The translations under genes and the position numbers were made by a program. A DNA stretch of 59,612 bases from Eledone cirrhosa (lineage: Eukaryota). Below, piece by piece: positions 31,106-54,650 of this stretch (positions are counted from its first letter, which is position 1; the number at the start of each line of letters is the position of its first letter). The stretch covers positions 1 to 59,612 of the forward strand of contig CAXHJY010000919.1 in the NCBI GenBank assembly GCA_964016885.1, given 5' to 3'. The notes under the pieces are model-generated. The model was not told the DNA's origin and did not search any database. It was given only the letters and a program-made list of their open reading frames with translations.

Positions 31106-32281
31106 GTCTAATAGATCATGTGACCAAAATGACAGTCTTCACCTCACTGAATATCAAGCAAATAACCTTTTATATTAACTCCTGTTATTGTGATCAAGAG
31201 GCCTGATACATTAACCTATCGGTCGTCTGCATTGAATGCGATTACATGCAATTATATATTAATGGACAGCACTCGTTTCTTCTATCAATTAAGTACTTTC
31301 AGTTAAATGTAATCCAACACTTACCACTTAATTGCTTTAAAACTTATATCGTTTGTTGGCCATTGTCTCATAATATATCATCTGTTCTTGACAGAATTTC
31401 ATAGCTTCAAGTCATAAATGTTTATATTACACGCAGTCAGCATGTTTTCTCTTTCACTGTTTACATTCACCATATCTATATATTGTTGTTATGTTTATAA
31501 CCTAACAGAAAAATAGTATGTCAATTATTGGTCTTTTACTTTACATTGGTGTGATGGTGAGATATCCATCGTACAAATTGTAATTATACTGAGATTTTTG
31601 GCCGCCAAGCTGTGATTGCAAGTGTGCTGAACATATTGTACAGTGAAGCTGCAAATAGGATTTAGTGCAGTGAGTGACGTACAGAAACTATGTTCCTGGA
31701 AATCATTCCGTCATGTCGTCCATGATGCTACTCAGAACAGATTAAGAACAAATTAATCATGCGATTTATCTACTAATGTTAATGATAAAAATTATGCATA
31801 TACAAACAAACAAAATATTATTACTGATGTTATAATGCGTTTGCCCTTTCTTTTCAATTAGATGTAAGATCCTATATCCTAGATCCTAGCAAAGGGGTTA
31901 GAAAACTGAAATCGACTATACTAACCAAGAATTGAATAATTTTATGAAGTCATATGATAGAGCCCACAAATCACATTCTCCCATATTAAGAAATTAACGG
32001 AATAATTGGCTAGTTTGCTTTCAAGCATATCAATTTTCTATTGAATTATCATAAAGATGTTTATACAAAAATAAAACACACTCCTAAAAGGAATAAAGAA
32101 AATGGAAATAAAAAGAAGATAAAAAGTATCAACCAATCAAAGAAAGAGCGGGTACAGACTCTACGCCCCAGACTGGATGTTGAAGAACAAATATGAATAC
32201 AGGAATGTAGGTAGTGCAGCATTATGTTGATCCGGACTCCCATAATTATTTCAAGTATTATGTAACAACGTTTTTTTAATT

Positions 32282-32570
32282 TAGGCATAAGAATATTTGA
32301 GGGCAGTGGAAATTCGATTGACGCGACCCCAGTAGTTTCTTTTATCGCCTTCACTGAGATTTGAACTCAGAAAGTAAAGAGCTATAACTAAATACCCAAC
32401 AGCCATTTGTCCGGCGCGAGAATGGTTCTGACAATCTACAGCCCTTAATAAAAACACAATAATTATTTCTAGCATAGTCACAAGGCCAACATTTTTCGGA
32501 TATTTATGTTGACTCCAGTACTTGACTGTTATATATCTAATAGAATCCGAAACTATGAACGGTATATTTG
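32282..32570 (+). repeat. Degenerate short interspersed repeat fragments (related pieces near 30628-30770, 32710-32840, 33375-33430)
   Basis: Recurring motifs GA(C/T)CCCAGTA and ATTTGAAC(T/A)CAGAA(C/A)GTAAAG. They resemble an abundant octopus repeat from memory; not verified. Confidence 0.5.
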
Positions 32571-33896
32571 GCCGTTACTCAATACATTATAAGGAACAGT
32601 TATCATCATCATCATTGCAACCACAATCAAACATTCCTCACAATGTATTTTCACGATTCACAGTGTGCTATTGCTGCTGGCAACTGCTCCCAAATATAGT
32701 AAATTAAATTGGTAGTTATAAACGTTATTTACACTAGGAAGCTGAAAGGCAGAGTTGACAGAGAAAAGAATTGAACTGAAAATGTAAATAGAAAATGTCT
32801 GCAATCTTAACCATTCTAACATCCTCTGCTATATTGCCATTTATGGCATAATGATATTTTTAATAGAAACGAAGGTCAATAATTTCTTCCCACGTTTTTT
32901 GTGCTGAACTATTATAATAATTCATCAACAAAGGACAAAAAGACACAGGTAACACCAACTGCCGATTCTACTACTTCTTTGCGAGTCAGTTGATTTCCTA
33001 GAAGTAACAGCCTAATTCAGCTCAAGTGATATACTATCTTAAATTTAAACACGCTTTCAATAAGTTTTTACGATATAGAAAATGTAAAGATATTATTGAA
33101 TATTTACATGTGAAGCTCATTTGATTGTAATTTTGATCAGTAATTTCTGAACTAGTGATAAACACTTAGTTACGCGGAATTTCCAGCACCAATATATCTA
33201 ATTACAAATGTTAATAGCGTTCTGTGAGGAAATCATTAGATCAAAGACTAACATTTTTTAAAGCATTTCGTTACTGAAACAAAAAAACACTAGGTGTGTT
33301 TGGATCTATTGGATCTCCCTATATGAGAGAGTTTTCCTCATAGGTAGTGTATCTGAGTAAATAGCTGTTTCTACTATAGGCACAAGGCCAGAAAATTGAA
33401 GGGGGCAGGGGACTTCGATGATTAATTACTTTAAAAATCAAATTATTCTCAAGTATGTCTTGTGCGAACTCATTCCTAATGTTTAAATGGTATTCGTCTT
33501 TCACTTATTGTAGATATATTATTCGATATATAACCTCGCAGTTCTTTAAATACTGCGATATCTTACAAAATAATAGATATATGCGGTGGAAGTATGACAC
33601 GAAAATCAGTAACACGAGAAACAGCGGAATCTAATTGAATTCGCGTAAATGCCAACGGAATAAATATAGGTAAATTCATCGTAAAAATAATCGCCATGGG
33701 GAGATATTTCTTTAAATTAAGAATAAAACATTAAGTAATTTATACATTCAATGCTAATCTTTTATTAAGAACATTGACAGTATCTATACATACTTAATAA
33801 TACATATACAAATATATATGAATACACCACGTACTCATATTTATTAACGACGCAATACACATATGCATACACACACATACATAAGTATATATATAT

Positions 33897-33949
<53 letters not shown>

Positions 33950-34475
33950 AACATAAATTATCGAGATTCGCACTTCGGCCCACGAAATAACGAAAAACAA
34001 CCTCCGAGATGTGCGGCAAGTGCTCAATGATTCAGATGAACCAGAGCTATAACAAACGTTAAACGCCAAACACACTGAGACGATGGTTAAACAATCATTC
34101 GCATAGCCAAAAAGACGATCAAGTAATTCGGGTATTGAAAATTTACCCTGACCCCTGGAAGGTTGGTAAAATACAGTATATGGGTTTCTGCGGCTCCTAA
34201 ATCAAGTACCGTCCGCTTACATAAATAATGTCACGTTTCTGGTAAGATGATTGAACAAGGAAGCCACTTTCTCAACAGGTTTTAGTTCAATGTTAATACA
34301 GGGACTGACTATTGCTGACCCCACGTGGGGATCGGCAAGAGAGGCAACCCCTATATCAGGCGAATGAATTCAGTTGTGTATATTTTTGCAAGAATGCAAA
34401 AACATCACAAATCGAATAGAGTTGTCAACAGTAGGGTTAAAATTAACATAAGCTATTTGTATATATAATATATAT

Positions 34476-34535
<60 letters not shown>

Positions 34536-34542
34536 CATATAT

Positions 34543-34610
<68 letters not shown>

Positions 34611-34803
34611 CATACACATATATAAAGAAACAGAGAGAGAAAGAGAGGTAGAGAGAGAGGGGGGAGACAGAAAGAACATATGTGCATATGAATGCATACA
34701 TATTGAATTAAAGTGTACTGATATACTACATGATTATATATGGAATTACGCAAACACACACAAACACACAAACACACACAGACACAGAAATTCGCAACCA
34801 TGC

Positions 34804-34844
<41 letters not shown>

Positions 34845-35019
34845 AATATATATATATACATATATATATATGTAAAAATTAGAATTGGAGCTCTGAAATA
34901 GCAATATATATATGGATGTATATATAATGTATTTTGCAATACACTTTATGCTTAATTAAAAGCATTTTGAAGACCGTAGTGACAAATTCACTTACTTTGA
35001 TCTCAGCAAACAGGGGAGA

Positions 35020-35067
35020 TAAGCCGACAAGGCCTTGTTTCGCATTTGTTGAAGCTTATCAAGGCTA
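35020..35067 (-). ncRNA. Hammerhead ribozyme, U3-A8 variant, family E (weakened stem II)
   Basis: AGCC-TTGATAA-GCTTC(AACA)AATGC-GAAA-CAAGGCCTTG-TC^GGCT. Confidence 0.7.
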
Positions 35068-35320
35068 ACTACTCCGACCTGTCTACCGAGATCACTGATG
35101 TTATATTATTATAGAATTCTAGTAAATAATCAGGGGCTGATTATACAGAGCGGTTGTTGGTCAGGCAGAAATTAAAAATTAGAATTGGAGCTCTGAAATA
35201 GCAATATAATTTTTGATTTCTGCCTGAGCAACAACCGTTCTGTATAATCAGCTCCTGATTATTTACTAGGATTCTATAAGAATATAACATCAGTGATCTT
35301 GGTAGACAGGTGGGAGTAGT

Positions 35321-35368
35321 TAGCCTTGATAAGCTTTAACAAAAGCGAAACAAGGCCTTGTCGGCTTA
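35321..35368 (+). ncRNA. Hammerhead ribozyme with compensatory U3-A8 core, family E
   Basis: AGCC-TTGATAA-GCTTT(AACA)AAAGC-GAAA-CAAGGCCTTG-TC^GGCT. Triplet GUC; stem III is a 10-nt palindrome. Confidence 0.85.
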
Positions 35369-35494
35369 TCTCCCCTGTTTGCTGAGATCAAAATAGGTGA
35401 ATTTGTCAATACTCTAAAAAACAATAGCTTTCGGTCTTCAAAATGCTTTTAATTAAGAATAAAGTGTATTGCAAAATACATTATATATACATCC

Positions 35495-35542
<48 letters not shown>

Positions 35543-35543
35543 G

Positions 35544-35590
<47 letters not shown>

Positions 35591-35613
35591 GTATATATAT
35601 ATGTATATATATG

Positions 35614-35694
<81 letters not shown>

Positions 35695-35713
35695 GTACAT
35701 ATATATATATATG

Positions 35714-35744
<31 letters not shown>

Positions 35745-35774
35745 GTATATATATATGTATATATGTATATATAT

Positions 35775-35824
<50 letters not shown>

Positions 35825-35834
35825 GTATATTATG

Positions 35835-36442
35835 TCAGGTCACCACTTGGTGCTACTGGTAACATGTATCCCAGTACAACCTGTCTCATGGTCGGGTCGT
35901 TGGCGACTAAACTGGCAACCCCACTAAGGTTTCTTGGTGAGGAGGGTGACTTTGGACATCCTGCAGGACTAAAAACAAAACCTGTCAAAGGGCAAAGGAG
36001 CTCTTAAGAGTCAATGGCCATCCAAAATCACCGGGAGAGATGACCCCTTAGCCTTTGTCAAGGCAGAATTCTAGGAGAAGGAAAACTCTGATATAACACC
36101 TGCAACCCTGATGGTATCCAATGATGTTGACTTGTTCTTCTTTTTGGTAAATATCATCTTGGTTAAGAGAGTGGGACTGGCTTTGTGCAGTGCCTTTGCT
36201 CACTATAAAAGCTTCACGGCACAGGCATTGCTTTGTATCTGGAGATCTCTCTGCACTTGTCATTACATGGTACCATGGGCCCAGCACTATGTGTCAATAA
36301 TTGTCACAAGTGTAGTGTTTGTACCAGAGTTTTCAAGTTGCTGGCTGGACTAAAAAGTCACACTCGTTCAGCGTATCGGTAGGGGTTCTCCTACATGGTT
36401 ATAAAGTAGTGGCCGTACTCGAAAACGAGTTGGCAGCCACCA
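35835..36442 (+). mobile_element. Full-length ~605-bp non-autonomous RTE derivative
   Basis: Reverse-complement match to 29086-29690 with the same termini. Confidence 0.88.
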
Positions 36443-36467
36443 TATATATATGTATATATATATGTAT

Positions 36468-36655
<188 letters not shown>

Positions 36656-36744
36656 GTATATATATGTATATATATATATATATGTATATATATGTATATA
36701 TATATATATATGTATATATATGTATATATATATATATATGTATA

Positions 36745-36807
<63 letters not shown>

Positions 36808-36898
36808 GTATATATATATATGTATATATATATATATGTATATATATATATGTATATATATATATATGTATATATATATGTATGTATATATATATATG

Positions 36899-36945
<47 letters not shown>

Positions 36946-36960
36946 GTATATATATATATG

Positions 36961-36991
<31 letters not shown>

Positions 36992-37004
36992 GTATATATA
37001 TATG

Positions 37005-37035
<31 letters not shown>

Positions 37036-37152
37036 GTATATATATATGTATATAGATATATATGTATATAGATATATATGTATATATATATATATGTATA
37101 TATATATGTATATATATATATATGTATATATATATGTATATATATGTATATG

Positions 37153-37237
<85 letters not shown>

Positions 37238-37396
37238 GTATATATATGTATATATATATGTATATATATGTATATATATGTATATATATATATGTATATA
37301 TATATGTATATATATATATATGTATATATATATATGTATATATATATATGTATATATATATATATGTATATATATATATGTATATATATATATATG

Positions 37397-37451
<55 letters not shown>

Positions 37452-37567
37452 GTATATATATATATATATGTATATATATGTATATATATATATATGTTTA
37501 TATATGTATATATATATATATATGTATATATAATATGAGATCAAAAGATGGTTAAAGGAGTTCCATA

Positions 37568-37638
37568 TATTTTATTATGCGCATTACAAAAACAAACATC
37601 ATCAAACAATAATATTTGTGTTTTCATCAGATAAAACA
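37568..37638 (-). ncRNA. Hammerhead, family F, probably inactive (GAAA to GTAA)
   Basis: Reverse complement of the family F motif, with a core mutation. Confidence 0.75.
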
Positions 37639-37780
37639 GGAGAACATGATATGAAGGCTAAAAAACACTTGTTGATAGTGCAGTTTTAAATCAACATATA
37701 TCATATATATATATCATATATATGTTGATTTAAAACTGCACTATCAACAAGTGTTTTTTAGCCTTCATATCATGTTCTCC

Positions 37781-37851
37781 TGTTTTATCTGATGAAAACA
37801 CAAATATTATTGTCTGATGATGTTTGTTTTTGAAATGCGCATAATAAAATA
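37781..37851 (+). ncRNA. Minimal type I hammerhead ribozyme, family F
   Basis: TGTTTTAT-CTGATGA-long stem II-GAAA-TGCGCA-TA^ATAAAATA. Confidence 0.88.
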
Positions 37852-37974
37852 TATGGAACTCCTTTAACCATCTTTTGATCTTATATTATGCATACTCCAG
37901 TCCCACAAACTGTAGAGTACTTCTTATCCGATATCTGCATTGCTTTATTGTACTACAATAAAACTCACCTCCTA

Positions 37975-45790
<7,816 letters not shown>

Positions 45791-45791
<1 letters not shown>

Positions 45792-46402
45792 GTATACTAG
45801 GGAGAGGATCAGGGGTGTATAACACTCCACTTATCCAGCAGGCAGTATAAGGTTAGCTCGATGTCTGAGGACAGAGCCGTGATATAAGAAATAACAAAGA
45901 ACGCCTATAGCATATGCATATCTTTACTTGCTAACATTGTTTCATCCGCACTATAAGTGGGACTCATCAGAGCATAAAGGTTAATTACATACCACACAAG
46001 CAATAACAAATCCAAGATATTGAAGAATGAAAAATAATAGAAGATAAAGGATATTAAGGAAATAAAAGTAAAAATAAGAATAAAAATAAAAATAAAAATA
46101 AAAATAAAAATAAAAATAATAAAATAAACAATGAAAAATAAGGGGTGCTATCAGTCCACAGTTGGGGCGGGGTGCTGTCAACATATAGTTACATACAAGC
46201 ATACACATGGATAAGAGAACAGACAAGAGTAGATAAGATAGATAGGGTTAGGTAAGACTAGGTAAAAAATAGGTGAAAAACAGACTTATAATATATATAA
46301 GAAAATATAAAAAAATATAACAAACTTACATATAAAATATAAAATATAAAATATACAGATAATAGTGATACAGGGTAAGGAATGAAATAAAATAATATAA
46401 AA
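45791..46402 (-). mobile_element. Solo pLTR/3'UTR-like fragment with hammerhead, family G
   Basis: Unique non-coding island in (TA)n, pyrimidine-rich on the minus strand, with a hammerhead ~140 nt from its 3' end. Same layout as the other families. Confidence 0.65.
45929..45974 (-). ncRNA. Minimal type I hammerhead ribozyme, family G
   Basis: TGCT-CTGATGA-GTCC-CACT(TAT)AGTG-C-GGAT-GAAA-CAATG-TT^AGCA. Stem I extends (CTTTA/TAAAG); the stem III palindrome is imperfect. Confidence 0.75.
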
Positions 46403-48554
<2,152 letters not shown>

Positions 48555-48569
48555 TATATACAAAATCCT

Positions 48570-50691
48570 TATATATACAAAATCCTTATGAGACGTAGAA
48601 CTAAACTCTCAAACCAGTTGAATAGTCAACAAAACCAAAACAAGAAGGAATCCTATTTGAAACGTGCACTACTTGACACCGAGATTGCACTCAAGCTTTC
48701 ACATGAGAATGAGAGGGCAAGGAAAGAGAACAGGGCCATAGAAAACATTAAAACAAACCCTAAGGCCTTCTTTAAATTTGCAAAAGAAACTGCCTCAGTA
48801 CACTGCAAGATTGGACCACTCTTCCACACGGACGGTTCATTAACCGAAAATCCCCAAGAGATATGTGAAATACTGAACGAACAGTACAAAAGTGTCTTCA
48901 CATGTCCACTGAGGCACATGCAAATAACGAAGCCAGAGGAGTTCTTTGATGCCACAACACTACATCAAGAAATGGCAACCATCAACCACATAGACATAAC
49001 GGAGGAGGATGTGGTGTACGCCATTGATGAAATTAGAACAGACTCGGCTGCTGGACCTGATGGATTCCCAGCAGTTCTCCTAAAAATATGTAAGCGGGCC
49101 TTAGCAACTCCACTGAAGATGCTCTTCAGAAGCTCCTTGGCTAGCGGTGTACTACCCAGGGAGCTGAAAGAAGGCACAATATGCCCTATCCATAAAGGAG
49201 GTAGTAGAGCGGAGGCCAAGAACTATAGGCCAGTCTCCCTGACGTCGCATATCAGTAAGGTCATGGAGCGAGTCGTCAGAAAGAAACTAATCACTTTCCT
49301 CGAAGAAAATGACCGCCTGACTAGCACGCAACATGGCTTCCGCCCAGGAAGAAGCTGCCTTACACAGCTGCTACATCACTACGACTGGGTACTGAGACAG
49401 CTACTAGACAGCTCACATGTAGACGTGATATATCTTGACTTTGCGAAGGCCTTTGACAAGGTCGACCACGGAATGATATGTCACAAACTACACGGACTCG
49501 GCATAACTGGAAAAGTAGGTGAGTGGCTGCATGGCTTCCTGAGGGACAGAAGCCAGGCAGTCGCAGCAAATGGGGCCCTCTCGAGGGAAACACCGATAAC
49601 AAGTGGGGTGCCTCAGGGGACAGTCCTGGGACCACTACTGTTTTTGGTGGCTCTCTCGGACATGCCCTCTGTGGTGCATGCAACAACATCCCTCACTAGC
49701 TATGCTGATGACACTAAGGTAGCACAGGCAATCAAAAACCCGGCTGACGCTGCCCTCTTACAGCAGGATCTGGATGCCATATACAGATGGGCGGAAGAAA
49801 ACAACATGCAGTTTAATGCTGGCAAATTCCAAGCCCTACAATACAAACCTGCAAACACAAACACAAATATAGCGGAACACAGCTACACATGACCAGGAGG
49901 GACCGATATCCCCGTGTCAAAATCGATACGAGACCTGGGCATAGACATGAGCGATGATGCATCTTTTTCTTCACACATCATGAAGGTGGCGACAGCATGT
50001 AGACGATTCGCTGGCTGGATCTTGAGGACTTTCCTTACAAGAGATCGAGACACCATGTTGACACTGTGGAGGACTTTTGTCCTAAGCCGCCTGGACTACT
50101 GCTCCCAGCTGTGGTCACCCCATAGTGTCAAACTAACCACAGAGCTTGAGGCAATCCAGCGAAGCTACACCAAGAGGGTTGCCAAGATGAGGGAGACAAG
50201 CTACTGGGAGAGGCTGAAGGAACTGAACCTCTACTCCTTGGAGCGAAGACGGGAGAGATACGCAGTGATCTACATGTGGAAAATCCTGGAGGGACTAGCA
50301 CCAGACTTTGGCATTGGGAGCTGGACCAACCGTCGAACAGGACGTCACTGTGTGGTGCCAAGGGTCCCGTCTTCCACATCTAGAATAAGGAGCAGGTATT
50401 GCAATAGCCTGTGATTCAAGGGCCCTCAACTCTTCAACAGGCTGCCGAGGCATCTGCGAGACTTGCATGACGTGGAGGTGGATGTCTTTAAGAAACATCT
50501 TGACACCTTGTTATCCAGGATCCCGGATGAGCCCACAGCAAGACACGAGGGAAACCTAAGGGCAGCAGCAACAAACTCCCTCCTACACCAGTGGCCAACC
50601 TATACAGGCTGGAGATAAAATGTGTAGCAACAAGGGCGGTGCCCCAGCATGGCCTCAGCCGGATGGCTGAAACAGGTAAAAAAAAAAAAAA
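48570..50691 (+). mobile_element. 5'-truncated CR1-group LINE with poly(A) tail
   Basis: RT ORF, a 3' hairpin TCAGCC/GGCTGA, and an A-tail at 50678-50691. Confidence 0.93.
48588..50618 (+). pseudogene. LINE reverse transcriptase; one frame with two in-frame TGA stops (49890, 50412)
   Basis: Motifs NYRPVSLT, QHGFR, YLDFAKAFD, GVPQGTVLGP, YADD, RDLG, LDYCSQLWSP, LYSLERRRERY. The frame continues to TAA at 50616-50618. Confidence 0.94.
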
Positions 50692-50709
50692 TAAGAGTAT
50701 ATGTATATA

Positions 50710-50835
<126 letters not shown>

Positions 50836-50929
50836 GATATACATATATATATATATGTATATATATATATGTATATATCTATATGTATATGTATATATAT
50901 GTATATATATATGTATATATATATATATC

Positions 50930-50968
<39 letters not shown>

Positions 50969-51102
50969 GTATATATATCTATATATATATGTATATATAT
51001 GTATATATATATGTATATATATATATATATATATGTATATATAAATATATATATATGTATATATAAATATATTATATATGTATATATATACATATATATA
51101 TG

Positions 51103-51137
<35 letters not shown>

Positions 51138-51162
51138 GTATATATATATATGTATATATATG

Positions 51163-51211
<49 letters not shown>

Positions 51212-51239
51212 GTATATATATATATGTAGTATATATATG

Positions 51240-51432
<193 letters not shown>

Positions 51433-51447
51433 GTATATATATATATG

Positions 51448-51568
<121 letters not shown>

Positions 51569-51573
51569 GTATA

Positions 51574-51622
<49 letters not shown>

Positions 51623-51627
51623 GTATA

Positions 51628-51720
<93 letters not shown>

Positions 51721-51820
51721 GTGTATATATATATATATGTGTGTATATATATATATGTGTATATATATATATATATGTATATATAATATAAGATCAAAAG
51801 ATGGTTAAAGGAGTTCAATA

Positions 51821-51891
51821 TATTTTATTATGCGCATTTCAAAAACAAACATCATCAAACAATAATATTTGTGTTTTCATCAGATAAAACA
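51821..51891 (-). ncRNA. Minimal type I hammerhead ribozyme, family F
   Basis: Reverse complement of 57202-57272; core intact. Confidence 0.88.
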
Positions 51892-53125
51892 GGAGAACAT
51901 GATATGAAGGCTAAAAAAACACTTGTTGATAGTGCAGTTTTAAATCAACATATGAAAAGTGGTTTTAGATTGATGTGTGATATTGGGAAAAATATTTTAT
52001 TTAGAGAGGGGGGGAGAGAAAAGGATGAAAAGGGAAGGAGATGAGAGGGAGAGATGGGTGATAGAGAGAAAGAGATAGTTTTTATAACAGAGAGGAGATA
52101 TATTTTATATAGAGGGGTTGAAAACCGTTGGAAGATACTGTATAAATTAAAAATTTTGAAAATTAACGAAGGGAGGATATGTGCGAGGAAAAAATATATT
52201 ATATTTAGGGAGGGGTGGGGTGGAAAGGATGAAAAAAAGGGGAGGAGATGAGAGTGAAGGTGGAAAGGGAGAGATGGGTGATAGAGAGAAAGAGATAGTT
52301 TTTATAACTGAGAAAAAGATATAATGTTTTAATATAGAGAGGTTGGGAACCGTTGGAAGATAATGTATAAATTAAAGGAATTTGAAAATTAACGAAGGGA
52401 AATTATGTATGGAGATAGAGAGAGAAAAATAACGAAGGGAGATTATGTATGGAGATAGAGAGAAAAAAATAATAATTGTGGGTGAATATTCTAACGTCAA
52501 AAGGAGAAATGTAGGAATTTTAAAATTAGCAAAGAGAAAAAGTTTATGTGTAGGATTTGAGAAAAATAATGTGAAGTTAAAGTTTTTATATTGAATTCAT
52601 ATGTATTAATAATGAGTTCGTTGATGGGGAGAAAAAAAATAATAATAAATTAAGGATGAAATTGAGATTAAAAAGATTTATGATAGAGAGAAAAAATAAT
52701 AATGATTGCGGATGAATACTCAAAATGTCAAAAACAAATGTTATTGTTTTACGAGGAGATATAATGAGGGTGATGAGTAAACGGGTATTATAGAGTGTAT
52801 AATGCCCTTTAAAGTAAGGTAGATGGGTATATTTTAAAGAATATATGAGTATATATTAAAAAAAATATATAATAATAAATTAAGGATGAAATTGAGATAA
52901 AAAGATTTATGATAGAGGGAAAAAAATAATAATGATTGCGGATGAATATTCAAAATGTCAAAAACAAATGTTATTGTTTTACGAGAAGATAGGATGAGGG
53001 AAATGAGTAAACGAGTATTATAGAGTGTATAATGCCCTTTAAAGTAAGGTAGATGGGTATATTTTAAAGAGGTGTATGTATATGTGCCTTTGAGAAAAGA
53101 TTCTAAATTGATAAAGAATTGAATA

Positions 53126-54650
53126 TTAACTGTATACTTTGTGAAAAGTTCTATGGAATTTATGCAGGCAGATGGAAAACAAATCCGAGCGTCTATTTAT
53201 TATGGATTCTAGGTTAGAGATAATGGTAAATTTTTCATTTAGGCAGAGATTACAGATTTTAGATAGAGAACTGTTCAAGTACGAGGATGCAGAAGAAATC
53301 TTTTTCCAAAAGATGTTATATTTAATGTTTTTGTCTTTTAAGGACCATATGAGTTCTGAGAGAGCAGTGTTAGTTTCTTTTAAGTTTGTATTTGAAAGAT
53401 GAATGATGATTATAGAGACGAGCTTTAAAAGAGGTGGAAGTGGAGCCAAAATAGGTGAAGGAATTGGTGCTAGTTATAATTTTACATTCATAAATTAAGT
53501 TTTTATCGAGGCAATGGTTGTTGAGAGGACATTTATTTTTAATGCGGCAGTTGCAATTAGAGAGATTATTAATGAGTGATCTAGTGTTATCTATAGAAGG
53601 AATTGGATTGGAGAAGTTGTTTGCGATAGGAATAATAGGAATAATAGTTTCTTGATTTAGAGTTGGATTATGAACATTTAGCGAAGTTGTGTTTGACGTT
53701 GCATTTGGGTTTACAGAAGTTAGCCTAGGGTTTACAATGACGTCAGGAGTACTATTATTGTTATTATGAGATTCAATATTGGAAGGAAGAGATTTAGTAT
53801 TTAATATTTTGTTGTTGTGTTTAGAAATGATGTTGGAAATATTGGAGGATGTAGAATACGAAAATTTGATGGTGTGTTTGTTAAATATTTTACTATAGAT
53901 ATGTGAGGGAGGGAAGCATTTATTTAAGGCACTAAAAAATAATTTAGGAATATTGTTATTAATAGAGATGGAGAAAGGAGCATTATACCAGATTATGTTT
54001 TTGTATCTAGGTCTTTTATTAAAATTATTGGAATGGTTATGATTAAATATTCTACTGTAAGTTTTCCTAGAATTTGTTTCTTTATTATATTTGATTTTAT
54101 CTGGATAGCCGGCTTTAGAAAGTGCGTTATTATAGTAATTGGCGTTAGCATCAAAGATGTTTTTATTAGAAGATATGTTAGATATTCTATTTCCAATATT
54201 ATTAACTATAGCATTCTTGATATTGGTAGGATGGTTAGATTTAAAGTTAACATAATTAAGATTCTCATTGTTTTTATGGTAAGGGTAATATAGGCCAGTG
54301 TCAAGATTAAGAGATACATCCAAGAAATTAGCTAGTTTGGTACTATTATCAAATTCAATTTTTAGGTTATGTTGGTTAAAGAGATTACGTATATTGTTCT
54401 TAATAATATTAAGTTTAACTATATTGCAATTTAGGATAGTAAAGAGTCCATCGTCACGATAAATTCCACCGCGAAGTTGAGGAATTTTCCGACTCAAAGA
54501 GTTCAAAATGAAGATACCAATTAAATCAGTCAATTGGGATGAATCGGATGCTCCCATTGTGATGTCGAAGTTGTTAGAAGTATCGGCTCTGGTCCAATAT
54601 TCGTTGTTGAACTCTAGGATGGTTTTACGTGCGGTGAGGATGATGTGAAG
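53126..54650 (-). pseudogene. PLE RT (C-terminal part)-GIY-YIG, with a frameshift near 53375
   Basis: Motifs TMGASDSSQ, GIYRDDGL, NFLDVSL, CNC..CPL..C, IY..YFGST..FKARLYNH, CNLC. Confidence 0.92.

Larger units (their letters stand above)
34873..35495. mobile_element. Palindromic non-coding hammerhead element, family E (retrozyme-like, ~300-nt unit)
   Basis: Arms ~34909-35180 and 35208-35495 are inverted. A 36-nt segment at 34873-34908 is directly repeated exactly 300 nt later (35173-35208). Confidence 0.85.
37530..37974. mobile_element. Mini-palindrome of two family F pLTR 3' ends
   Basis: 37530-37699 is inverted relative to ~37720-37889. The tail 37890-37974 matches 57311-57395. Confidence 0.92.

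Noticed and set aside
29715-34445. Host exon or gene in the unique central block (also 12270-13020)
   Set aside because: Only short ORFs with no recognisable motifs. Small exons cannot be excluded without RNA-seq.
35835-35925. HDV-like ribozyme at the 5' end of the RTE derivative (CCAGT...GACTAAACTGG)
   Set aside because: P2, P4 and J4/2-like pieces are visible, but I could not build P1/P3 by eye. An RNArobo/Infernal search would be needed.
49890-50414. Two in-frame TGAs in the CR1 ORF as read-through or Sec codons
   Set aside because: Not at evident Cys motifs; most simply GGA-to-TGA and CGA-to-TGA decay in a truncated copy.
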